From: an uncultured delta proteobacterium
GTDB taxonomy: Bacteria; Desulfobacterota; RBG-13-43-22
Assembly: GCA_963743305.1 (NCBI GenBank)
Contig: CAVUPH010000015.1
Location: 54,114 to 118,113 of the forward strand
Direction: 5' to 3'
Length of the DNA: 64,000 bases
Shown here one piece after another: positions 42,241-51,086 of this stretch. The translations under genes were made by a program, and so were the position numbers. Within the stretch, counting starts at the first letter, position 1, and each line of letters starts with the position of its first letter. The notes beneath the pieces are model-generated. The model was given only the letters and a program-made list of their open reading frames with translations, ran no database searches and was not told the origin of the DNA.

Positions 42241-42323
42241 CCCGAATTTGTTTTTTGCCGGTTGGGGGTTTGCCGGTCAAAAAATGGTTTGTGCTAGAAG
42301 TCAGGAAGAAATGAAGAGGTGTT

Positions 42324-42523
42324 TCTCTCGCCCGCTTCGCTCGAGCTCTCAGAGATCACAGCGGTCATTATTTTGGGCTGCCGTTGAGAAGGACGGCAGT
42401 CCAAAGCCGCCTCGGGCCTCCGGCCGGGGGGCGCGATAGCGCCGGACTTTTTTTTCATTGCCGGCCCCTCATCGGCAATGAAAAAGATGAATTCTCTGCG
42501 TTCTCTGAGCGCTCTGTGAGAGA
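42324..42523. repeat. Element with CAGAG/CTCTG arms and two internal hairpins (same architecture as 33462-33643)
   Basis: tctcagagatcacag ... TTTGGGCTGCCGT..ACGGCAGTCCAAA ... TTTTTCATTGCCG..CGGCAATGAAAAA ... ctctgcgttctctgagcgctctgtgagaga. Confidence 0.65.
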
Positions 42524-42578
42524 TATTTTTTCCCCCGGATTTCGAGCTTAGAATTTGGTTGCGGCTATGCTGTGCTAA

Positions 42579-42725
42579 GAACCCGTCAAGAAATAAGCTG
42601 TAAAATACCGCTAATATCTCCGTTCATGCTGAGCCTGTCGAAGCATGGCCGTATCGTTCACCCTTCGACAAGCTCAGGGCGAACGGTTGTAGGTCCATTT
42701 GTCAAGGTTATTTGTTTACAGATCC
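42579..42725. mobile_element. MITE copy A, flanked by TAA direct repeats
   Basis: TAA|GAACCCGTCAAGAAATAA ... TTATTTGTTTACAGATCC|TAA; inner CTGAGCCTGTCGAAG..CTTCGACAAGCTCAG palindrome; closely similar inverted copy at 63022-63181. Confidence 0.82.
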
Positions 42726-42767
42726 TAAGGGGGTTGTGGCAGAAGTTTAAAGAAAAAGGAGAACATT

Positions 42768-43922
42768 ATGGACTATGAAATCCCGGAAAGCCTGCGCCTG
42801 ATGCGGGAGACGATCCGCCGCTTCGTGAATCAAGACCTGGAGCCCCTTTCCCAGCAAGTGGAGGACGAGGACCACATCCCCGAAGCCATCGTCCAAAAGA
42901 TGCGGGATTTGGGATTATTCGGCCTTTCCATCCCGGAGGAATATGGGGGATTGGATCTGGGGACCTTCGGCGAATGCCTGGTCTATGAGGAATTGACCAA
43001 AACCAACGCGGCCTTCCGTTCCCGTATCGGCACCAGCAACGGGATCGGTTCCATGGGGATCCTCCTGGACGGCACCGAGGAGCAGAAGCAAAAATATCTT
43101 CCCCGGATTGCCAGTGGGGAATGGACCGCCTGCCTGGCCCTGTCGGAACCGGAAGCGGGTTCGGATGCGGGGAATATCCAGACCACGGCCGAACGCCAGG
43201 GAGAAGCCTTTGTGCTCAACGGCCTCAAGCACTTCATCACCAACGGCGACGTAGCCGATGTCGCCACCGTCCTGGCCGTGACCGACAAGCAGAAACGGAC
43301 CCGCGGCGGGATCACGGCTTTCGTGATTGAAAAGGGGACTCCGGGCTTTTCGGTCGGAACCATCGAACGGAAGATGGGGCTTCGGGGCAGCCACACCTGC
43401 GAACTGATCTTCGATGACTGCCGCGTCCCGGTCCAGCAGGTGATCGGGGGCGAAGCCATGATCGGCCAGGGGTTTAGGACCGCCATGCGGGTGCTCGACA
43501 AAGGCCGCCTGACCATGGGGGCCTGCGCCCTCGGCGGGGCCCAGAAGCTCCTGGATTTATCCGTGGCTTATGCCCGGCAGCGGGTCCAATTCGGAAAGCC
43601 CATCGCCCAATTCCAGTCCGTTCAGAACATGCTGGCCGATATGGCCACCGAAATTTATGCCGCCCGACAAATGCTCTACCACGCCGCCTCGCTGCGGGAC
43701 CAGGGCCGAACGGTGATCAAAGAAGCCTCCATGGTCAAACTCTTTTGCACGGAGATGGCCTGCCGGGTGGCCGATCGGGCCGTCCAGATTTTCGGCGGCA
43801 TGGGCTACATGAAGGATTTCCCGGTAGAACGGTTTTACCGGGACCTCCGCCTCTACCGGATTTACGAAGGGACCAGCGAGATCCAGCGGATGGTCATCGC
43901 CCGGGAGCTGACCAAAGAATAA
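42768..43922 (+). CDS. Acyl-CoA dehydrogenase (short/branched-chain type)
   Basis: LALSEPEAGSDA, RVQFGKPI, QIFGGMGY, YRIYEGTSEIQ. Confidence 0.95.
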   Translation: MDYEIPESLRLMRETIRRFVNQDLEPLSQQVEDEDHIPEAIVQKMRDLGLFGLSIPEEYGGLDLGTFGECLVYEELTKTNAAFRSRIGTSNGIGSMGILLDGTEEQKQKYLPRIASGEWTACLALSEPEAGSDAGNIQTTAERQGEAFVLNGLKHFITNGDVADVATVLAVTDKQKRTRGGITAFVIEKGTPGFSVGTIERKMGLRGSHTCELIFDDCRVPVQQVIGGEAMIGQGFRTAMRVLDKGRLTMGACALGGAQKLLDLSVAYARQRVQFGKPIAQFQSVQNMLADMATEIYAARQMLYHAASLRDQGRTVIKEASMVKLFCTEMACRVADRAVQIFGGMGYMKDFPVERFYRDLRLYRIYEGTSEIQRMVIARELTKE

Positions 43923-44092
43923 CGGGCTCCCCCATTGTATTTACCCGGCGTCAAAAGGGCGGACAAGATATCCCGACCCTCAAAGAGATTTCTCCTTGAC
44001 CCTTTTGCAGACCCTATTTATGATGGCAGTTTCTGAACCGGACCAACCTGAAAAAATTAAAAAAGCCTGAAAATGGGCGGGAGAGAATAACT

Positions 44093-44350
44093 ATGGCGGA
44101 CAAAACGCCTCCGGCCGGTTCCCAGGGAAAGGGTACAGACCAACAATTTTTGGTTTTCCAACCCTATCCTCTGCAGGTCGGACAACAAATATTTATTGAA
44201 AGCGGCCCCCGCCGGGGGGACTGGGAAGTGATTGGCCTGAGTGACCGCAAGGTCAGGCTGCGCTGTCCTTTTTCCGGGCGGGAGGTGGAATGGGATCGTT
44301 TTTGTTATCTGGTGGAGGAACGCCAAGGCCTTTGGCCCCATCCGGATTAA
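44093..44350 (+). CDS. Hypothetical protein (85 aa)
   Basis: Isolated ORF with GGAG RBS and globular composition (GPRRGDWEV, LRCP, WDRFCY). Confidence 0.6.
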   Translation: MADKTPPAGSQGKGTDQQFLVFQPYPLQVGQQIFIESGPRRGDWEVIGLSDRKVRLRCPFSGREVEWDRFCYLVEERQGLWPHPD

Positions 44351-44587
44351 ATAGGTTTTCCGTTTTCCAAAATGGAAAGGAAATAGAAGTAATACCGCCA
44401 AGGCTCCCCCGCCTCCACCAGCCGCTCGTTAAGCGTCTCATAGTGCTTTAACCCATCGCAAAAGCTCTCCAGAAAGGCGTCATTGGATTCCCAATGGGCA
44501 ACTAAATACTAAAGTTTTGATCCTCCGATTCCGATAATTAGCTATGGCCCTCGGCCAGATTATTCAATATTAGGCATGGGAGGAATT

Positions 44588-45030
44588 ATGAAACGATTCT
44601 TTGTAACTTTATTGGTGTTGGGGTTATTTGTGGGAACGGTCTTTGCTGCCTCGGAAAAAGACCTGGCCGTCTCCTTAGTGGACAAGGCGGCGGCCTTCGC
44701 CCAGGCCCAGGGCAGAGAGAAGGTCCTGGCTGAAATCAGCACGGCCAAGGGACAATTCGACAAGGGGGAAGTTTACGTGTTTGCCTATGATCTGCGGGAG
44801 TGATCGTCGCCCACCCCAAAAATCCTAAGTTGATCGGCAAGAACCTTTTAGAGGTCACCGACCCGGATGGAAAATACTTCCGTAAGGAGATCCAGGAAGT
44901 GGCTAAGACGAAGGGGAAAGGCTGGGTGGATTATAAATACACCAATCCTGAAAATAAAAAAGTAGAACCTAAAACCACCTATCTGAAGAAGGCTGGCGAT
45001 CTTATTATTTGCTGCGGGGTCTATCTATAG
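44588..45030 (+). CDS. Secreted single Cache-domain protein, frameshift ~44797
   Basis: Signal peptide; GQFDKGEVYVFAYD then AHPKNPKLIGKN, DPDGK, GWVDY, PKTTY, CGVY. Confidence 0.85.
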
Positions 45031-45184
45031 ATGACCTCGCAGAAAGTCCAAAAACGACTTTCTGCGAGGCGGGGAAGGGCTTCCCCTCCCCCGCCATTTG
45101 AAGTGAATTCAAATGGTCCCACCCTCACCCCAGCCCGGCGCTTAATCGCGCTCGGGCTGTTGCTGGACTTTTTGCAAGTCCATC
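45030..45184. mobile_element. MITE-like element using the same outer TIR as the nested elements but different internal content
   Basis: GATGACCTCGCAGAAAGTCC ... GGACTTTTTGCAAGTCCATC; its first base is the last base of the Cache gene stop codon. Confidence 0.7.
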
Positions 45185-45443
45185 TCTATAACCTCTTAAC
45201 TAACCTCATAATAAGAAACAAGTTGAGCATGGGGGGGTCGGGATAAGCTTACTGGCTTTTTTCCGACCTCCCCTTCTTCTTCAAGGTCCGAATACGGCCA
45301 ACCACTACACCTCCCGATCGGTCCGCTGAACGGCATCTCCGCCGACTTTTTCCAGCCCTTCGGCAACCACTTACCGGTTGCAACTTGGTCCCCCGACATG
45401 GTAATTTCTTTCTCGACACGAATCTTTTGAATGGAGGGGTCCG

Positions 45444-47159
45444 ATGAATCTATTTATTCAACCGAAGAAATACTCCAGTCTGATGGCCGATGCCGGCTCG
45501 CGCGCCATCATGGAAAAGACTATTGCCTTCTTTGAGAACATGGGCAAAAGCCGACTGCTCGACGATTACAATAAAAAAGTCTGGTATCGGGAATTTGTCG
45601 ATTTCATCGGCCGGGAGCGGATTTTTGCCAAACTGCTTACGCCCGGGGAATATGCCGACGGCGACCCGGACTGCCGCTGGGACACGGCCCGCAACAACGA
45701 GTACAGTGAATTATTGGCCTTCTACGGCCTGGGCTATTGGTACTGTTTTCAGGTAACCATTCTGGGGTTGGGTCCCATCTGGATGAGCCCCAATGAAAAG
45801 GCCAAGCGGAAGGCGGCTCGACTCCTCCGGGAAGGCGCCATCTTCGCCTTCGGCCTGTCCGAACGGGCCCACGGGGCGGATATCTATGCCACCGAAACCA
45901 CGCTGACCCCCCAAGGCGCCGGCGCCTGGACGGCCAAGGGCGAGAAGTATTACATCGGCAACGGCAACGAGGCGGAGATGGTTTCCACCCTCGGCAAGGT
46001 CAAGGACGGAACCGACGACTTCGTCTTCTTTGTCACCAACTACCGCCACAAGGCCTATGAGCTGAAAAAGAACGTCATCTCCCACCAGGAGTATGTCTCC
46101 AACTTCGCCCTGCACGACTATCCCGTCACCGAGGAGGATATCCTTTCCCGCGGCTCCCAGGCTTGGGATTCGGCGCTGAATACGGTAAACATCGGCAAGT
46201 TCAACATCGGCCCGGCCTCCATCGGCATGGCCGAACACTGTTTCTACGAGGCCATCACCCATGCCGCCAACAGAATCCTTTACGGGGTCCGCGTCAGTGA
46301 TATGCCCCATGTGCGCCGGAACTTCATGGACGCCTGGCTACGGCTGACGGCCATGAAAAGCTATCATCGCCGGGCCACCGACTACTTCCGGCAGGCCGGG
46401 GAAAATGACCGGCGCTATCTGCTCTACAACCCCACCAGCAAGATGAAGGTGACTCTGCAATCCGAAGAGGTGATCAATCTGCTCTGGGAGGTAATTGCCG
46501 CCAAGGGGTTTGAAAAGGACACCTACTTCCACATGGCGGCCGCCGACGTCCGGGGCCCGTCCAAGCTCGAAGGCACCGTCCACGTGAATGTCCAGCTCAT
46601 CCGAAAATTCATGAAGAACTATTTTTTCAGCCCTGTGGAATATGACCCGGTAGGTCCCGATTTTTCCCTAAACGACGACCTGTTCTTGTTCAATCAGGGA
46701 CCGACCAAGGGTTTGGGCGCGGTCCGGTTTCACGACTACCAGCCGATATTCGACGCCTTCCGGGATCTCCCCAACGTAGGCCGCTTCATCCGCCAGACCG
46801 AGATCTTCCGGGAGCTATTGGAAAAGGCCGGACCGGACAAGATCCAGGACCTGGACCCCGTCTTCTCCCTCCCCCTCGGCGAGATGTTCTCCATCGTGGT
46901 CTACGGCCAGCTTATCTTGGAGCAGGCGCAGATTGAGCGCCTGGACCCGGACGTTCTCAACCAGATCTTCGATTTTATGGTGCGGGACTTCGCACGGTTC
47001 GCTTTGCAGATCTACGGACTGCCCGCCACCCGGGATGAACAACGGGCCTTCTGTAGAGAGATCATGCTGGTCCGGCCCGCCGGAGATGAGGCCCAATACC
47101 GGCGGGTTTGGGATGGGTATGTCCTCCCCCTTAACGGGGAGTACGCCATGAATGAGTGA
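45444..47159 (+). CDS. Acyl-CoA dehydrogenase family protein (571 aa)
   Basis: FGLSERAHGAD, KYYIGNG, NTVNIGKFN, KLEGTVHVN. Confidence 0.88.
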   Translation: MNLFIQPKKYSSLMADAGSRAIMEKTIAFFENMGKSRLLDDYNKKVWYREFVDFIGRERIFAKLLTPGEYADGDPDCRWDTARNNEYSELLAFYGLGYWYCFQVTILGLGPIWMSPNEKAKRKAARLLREGAIFAFGLSERAHGADIYATETTLTPQGAGAWTAKGEKYYIGNGNEAEMVSTLGKVKDGTDDFVFFVTNYRHKAYELKKNVISHQEYVSNFALHDYPVTEEDILSRGSQAWDSALNTVNIGKFNIGPASIGMAEHCFYEAITHAANRILYGVRVSDMPHVRRNFMDAWLRLTAMKSYHRRATDYFRQAGENDRRYLLYNPTSKMKVTLQSEEVINLLWEVIAAKGFEKDTYFHMAAADVRGPSKLEGTVHVNVQLIRKFMKNYFFSPVEYDPVGPDFSLNDDLFLFNQGPTKGLGAVRFHDYQPIFDAFRDLPNVGRFIRQTEIFRELLEKAGPDKIQDLDPVFSLPLGEMFSIVVYGQLILEQAQIERLDPDVLNQIFDFMVRDFARFALQIYGLPATRDEQRAFCREIMLVRPAGDEAQYRRVWDGYVLPLNGEYAMNE

Positions 47160-47188
47160 CTTTCCCATCCCGAAAAATTCGAAAGCAC

Positions 47189-47962
47189 CTAAATCGTCTG
47201 CCCGCCGTCCACGCGGATAATCTCCCCGGTGACGAAGGAACCGGCCTCGGAGGCCAAGAAGAGAGCCAGGCCGACGAGTTCCTCGGGCTCCCCGAAACGC
47301 CGCAGCGCGATCTCCCGGAGGCGCACGGCTTTCCGCTCCGGATCGGTCCAATTGACCCGGCTGAACTCGGTCTTGATGGAGCCCGGGGCGATGGCGTTTA
47401 CCAGGATATGATACGGGGCCAGCTCCCGGGCCAGGACCTGGGTCATCATGTTCAGCGCCGCTTTGCTGATGCAGTAGGCCCCGGTCCCGTCGGCCCGGGC
47501 CCGCAGGCCGCTGATCGAGCTGATATTGATGATCCGCCCCCCGCCTTGATCGATCATCCGGCGGGCCACGGCCTGACTCATGAGCCAGGCCCCCTTCAGA
47601 TTAATCTCCAACACCTTATCCAAGCTCCGCTCCTCGAGATCCAAGAGGGAACTCAGCACCGGATTCATACCGGCGTTATTGACCAGTATATCGATTTTTC
47701 CAAATCGCTCCAGGGTCCGCTGAACCAGGTTCTCCACTTCCGTCTTCTTCCCCACATGGGCCGGGATTGCCAGACCGTTGCCTCCCAAAGCGCGGATGGC
47801 CTCGACGACCTGCTCCAATTCCGGCGGCTTCCGGTTACGGCTGGAGACCACGACCTCGGCCCCCGCTTCCGCGAAAGCCAGGGCAATGGACCGCCCGATG
47901 CCCCGGCTTCCCCCGGTCACCACGGCCACCTTGTTCTTTAAAGAAAACAACATTTCGAGCAT
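47189..47962 (-). CDS. Short-chain dehydrogenase/reductase
   Basis: TGGSRGIG, LVNNAG, YCISKAA, NAIAPG, VDGG. Confidence 0.94.
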   Translation of the reverse strand: MLEMLFSLKNKVAVVTGGSRGIGRSIALAFAEAGAEVVVSSRNRKPPELEQVVEAIRALGGNGLAIPAHVGKKTEVENLVQRTLERFGKIDILVNNAGMNPVLSSLLDLEERSLDKVLEINLKGAWLMSQAVARRMIDQGGGRIINISSISGLRARADGTGAYCISKAALNMMTQVLARELAPYHILVNAIAPGSIKTEFSRVNWTDPERKAVRLREIALRRFGEPEELVGLALFLASEAGSFVTGEIIRVDGGQTI

Positions 47963-48045
47963 CAACGAATCCTCCTTTTTATTTTTAACCTAAATGAAGG
48001 TCCTTTGATCTAATCAACAAAAAAGGTACGAAAGGAGCGATCATC

Positions 48046-48366
48046 ATGTGGAAAGTTAGTTTGACTCTCTGGCTGGCGGTTATCATCCTTTTGGGGTGGA
48101 CGGCCTTTAACGCGGCCCAGGCGGCCCCCGATCAACGGTTGAATCAACGGCCCGATGCCCATTACCGAAGTGCCGGCAACGTTCCTCCCTCGGATTATGG
48201 TTACGGAGTAGGCCGTAATCCCCGTCCCTACCCACATCGCCGCTATTATCCTATCCGAAGCCATCATCCTTACCCGGGATACTATAATGTCCATCGCCCT
48301 CGCCCGGTTAATTGGCTCTTTACACCTCCCTGGCCGAATCCTTTTCACCGCCATGGGGGATATTAG
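48046..48366 (+). CDS. Small secreted Arg/Pro/His/Tyr-rich hypothetical protein
   Basis: AAGGAG RBS, hydrophobic signal ending AQA, low-complexity mature part. Confidence 0.6.
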   Translation: MWKVSLTLWLAVIILLGWTAFNAAQAAPDQRLNQRPDAHYRSAGNVPPSDYGYGVGRNPRPYPHRRYYPIRSHHPYPGYYNVHRPRPVNWLFTPPWPNPFHRHGGY

Positions 48367-48412
48367 GCGATGCGATAACGGATGGAGGGTTCAGTAACGA
48401 ATCACAAAGCTT

Positions 48413-48528
48413 GTCATGGCGAGCGTAGCGAGGCAATCCCCACCTTGGCAATAAGCCTATTATTGGGGATTGCTTCGTCGCTTCTCTCCTCGCAATGACA
48501 GCTCTTAGGGGTTTTTTACGAAATGATC
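48413..48528. repeat. Nested palindromic element copy 5 (core 48413-48499)
   Basis: GTCATGGCGAGCGTAGCGAGGCAATCCC-25 nt-GGGATTGCTTCGTCGCTTCTCTCCTCGCAATGAC; right shell GTTTTTTACGAAATGATC. Confidence 0.85.
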
Positions 48529-48612
48529 ACGGATGTTCCCTTTGTTTATCAACCATGGTAGGTCCGCCCATTCCGTTCCTGGTACTGCCGGAACACGGCC
48601 CGGGCTTCCGCC

Positions 48613-48864
48613 GGCCATGAAGGACGGCACCTCGGCCTGGGCTGCGGAGTTTGTAAGCCGTCCCACGGTTTTCACCCCGACGGGAACCAGCTCATGACCC
48701 GGTTCCCGGAAGACGACGGCCCCGAAGGGGCCGCCCGTTCTCTGAAGTACCTTCTCCCGGGCCAGGGAAATGACCAGACGCATCTTTTCCTCGTCGGTCC
48801 GGCAGGGAGGAATATTTTTCATGAAAGGATCCACCCTGGCCGCGAGCTTCAGCTTGATTTCCAT
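48613..48864 (-). pseudogene. Truncated nucleoside/guanine deaminase-family remnant
   Basis: MRLVISLARE..TGGPFGAVVF..NSAAQAEV: HAE zinc motif reads QAE and no downstream PCxxC is present. Confidence 0.65.
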
Positions 48865-49141
48865 TGGACCGCAAGGCGCCCGTGTTTTCATTCCGGCGAT
48901 TATAAACCGAAGCCGATAAAAACCTAAAGACAAATTCCCCCGGTGTTGAACGCCGGGGGAAGGGAAAATTAGAATGCCGGACTGATTCCGGGCCGAAAAT
49001 ATCTCGAAGAGGCGATTTTTTTCTTGAAATTCAAACCTGTTTTGTAACAAATTGAACTAATATCCCCCGGGGACGGCTGTTTAGGTTTTTCAGTAAGGCC
49101 GATCCCATCCTGTTAGGCAAATCCTCATGAGGGAGGGCGGA

Positions 49142-50368
49142 ATGAAAGTGGTGATTATTGGTCTGAGTGCCGCCGGTCTTTCGGCCTTGGAAACACTCCT
49201 GCAGTTTGCCCCCGAGGCCGAGATCACGGCGATCTCCGAGGAAAAACGGCAACCCTACTGCCGCTGCCTGCTCACCCAGTACCTCGGTCGTGAAGTCCAA
49301 CAGGATTTTTTGACGATTCGGGAGACAGCCCATTACCCAAAAAACGTGACCTGGCTTCTCGGGGAGAGGGTCTTCCAGATCGACCCGGGGAAGAAATCGA
49401 TCGCCTGTACCTCCGGCCGCACCCTGATCTACGATAAATTACTGATCGCTGCCGGAGCCGGCGCCGTCCAGCCAGAATATTGCCGGGACGAAAACCGGAC
49501 CCATACCTTGCGGTTTTTGGAAGACGCCCTGCAGATCGAAAACCTGGCCGTCGGGAGAGGGATTGTTGCCGGTGGCGGATTTGTGGGCCTCAAGACGGCC
49601 TATGGGTTGAAGGAAAGGGGCCTGGAGGTGGAAATGGTCGTCTCCTCCCCGCATCTGCTGTCCATGGTCATGAACGAACGGGCAGCGGTCTGGGTGGAAA
49701 AGGATCTTCAATCCCTGGGCGTGGTCCTGAACCGAAATGACGATATCGCCCAAATCAACGTCCAGGATCACCAGGTCCGGGCCGCGTTAAAGTCAGGGAA
49801 AGAAATCCGGAGTGATGTCCTGGTCGTGGGCAAAGGGGTCGTTCCCCGTCTGGAGCTGGCCCGAAGCGCCGGTTTGACCGTCGAGGCCGGTATCCTGGTC
49901 AATGAATTTTTGGAAACCTCCGCGCCGGATATTTTTGCCGCCGGGGACTGCTGCCAGGCCCTGGATGTAACCCGGGGACGCCCCTGGATCAACGCCGTCT
50001 GGCCGGTGGCGGTGGAGCAGGGGTATTTTGCCGGCCTGAACCTGGCCGGGGTCCCGGCCGCCTATCCGGGGAGTATCGGGTTGAACAGTCTGAAAACACC
50101 CCGTTTCCATCTCATCAATGCCGGACTTTTGAAAACCGCTGACGGAGTCACCTTCCACGAGCGACAGACCCCCGGGAAAGATCAGTTCCGTATGCTGGCC
50201 CTGCGGGAAAATATCCCGGTGGGCATGATGTTTTATAATGCCCCCGAGGGGGCCGGGCCGGTGGTGAACCTTATCCGGCGGGGCCTGCCCCTGGCTCGCG
50301 GCCTCCCGGAAGCCATCGTCAGCGGGGAGGCCTCCCTGTACGATTTGCTCAAAAACCAGACCCCCTGA
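49142..50368 (+). CDS. FAD/NAD(P)-dependent oxidoreductase (FNOR) of the CODH operon
   Basis: IIGLSAAG, YDKLLIAAG, GGGFVG, TSAPDIFAAGDC. Confidence 0.9.
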   Translation: MKVVIIGLSAAGLSALETLLQFAPEAEITAISEEKRQPYCRCLLTQYLGREVQQDFLTIRETAHYPKNVTWLLGERVFQIDPGKKSIACTSGRTLIYDKLLIAAGAGAVQPEYCRDENRTHTLRFLEDALQIENLAVGRGIVAGGGFVGLKTAYGLKERGLEVEMVVSSPHLLSMVMNERAAVWVEKDLQSLGVVLNRNDDIAQINVQDHQVRAALKSGKEIRSDVLVVGKGVVPRLELARSAGLTVEAGILVNEFLETSAPDIFAAGDCCQALDVTRGRPWINAVWPVAVEQGYFAGLNLAGVPAAYPGSIGLNSLKTPRFHLINAGLLKTADGVTFHERQTPGKDQFRMLALRENIPVGMMFYNAPEGAGPVVNLIRRGLPLARGLPEAIVSGEASLYDLLKNQTP

Positions 50369-50406
50369 TTTAAACACTTGGACCGCTGTGGGTTCAAAGG
50401 GCTGAA

Positions 50407-50471
50407 GTTTTAAATTTAGAATTTGGGTCATTTGAATTTGTTTCGGATTTCGTGTTTCGAATTTTGAATTT
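50407..50471. repeat. Half copy of the AATTTCG-type heptamer element
   Basis: gttttaaatttagaatttgggtcatttgaatttgtttcggatttcgtgtttcgaattttgaattt. Confidence 0.6.
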
Positions 50472-50489
50472 TTTTTAAAGGAGGTCCTT

Positions 50490-51083
50490 ATGAAAACGGT
50501 GGTAGTCAGGCCCGAGCGTTGTGTCGGCTGCCTGCAGTGCCGTGTGGCCTGTGCGGTGGCCCATTCGCTGAGCCAGTCCCTCTACGCGGCGCCTTATGAG
50601 CCGGTCCTCTCCAAGCCCCGCATCCACATCGGGCTGACCAAACAGAAGGAGCCTTTTCCCAACAAATGCCGGCACTGCGACCCGGCGCCCTGCGAGATGG
50701 CCTGCCTGACCAAGGCCATCTTCCGCGAGGATAAAAGCCGGGCCATGATAATCAATCCCGACCGCTGTATCAATTGCGGCATGTGCGCCATGGCCTGCCC
50801 CTTCGGGGTAATCCGCTATCATACCTATCCCAGCCGCAAGGAAGCGGCCCACAAGTGCGACCAGTGCGCGGCCCGTCAACGGGAAGGAAAAGGGCCGGCC
50901 TGCGTAGAGGTCTGTAAATCCGGCGCCCTGCTTTTTGAGGAACCCAACCGGGTCATGGACCGGGAGACGGAGGAGATGGCTTCCTTAGTCTATCTGGGTA
51001 TCCGGGAAAAGGCCCCGGAGGGGAACCCCTTTGATACCTTGACCCGTTATCGCTATTCGCTGGAACAATTAAGGAGGAGATAA
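50490..51083 (+). CDS. cooF: CooF-like 4x[4Fe-4S] electron-transfer protein
   Basis: CVGCLQCRVAC, CRHCDPAPCEMAC, CINCGMCAMACP, CDQC..PACVEVC; directly upstream of cooS. Confidence 0.9.
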   Translation: MKTVVVRPERCVGCLQCRVACAVAHSLSQSLYAAPYEPVLSKPRIHIGLTKQKEPFPNKCRHCDPAPCEMACLTKAIFREDKSRAMIINPDRCINCGMCAMACPFGVIRYHTYPSRKEAAHKCDQCAARQREGKGPACVEVCKSGALLFEEPNRVMDRETEEMASLVYLGIREKAPEGNPFDTLTRYRYSLEQLRRR

Positions 51084-51086
51084 GCC

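Noticed and set aside
45196-45399. 67-aa minus-strand ORF between the MITE and the ACAD gene
   Set aside because: No recognisable motif or RBS; cannot be supported as a gene.
14033-48499. Repeat-spacer-repeat units as a CRISPR array
   Set aside because: Arms are inverted rather than direct, copies are dispersed singly kilobases apart, and no cas genes are present.
49020-49060. CooA or FNR operator upstream of the CODH operon
   Set aside because: Only weak dyads (TTGAAATTCAA; TGTT-N4-AACA) that do not fit the CooA or FNR consensus, and no adjacent regulator gene.
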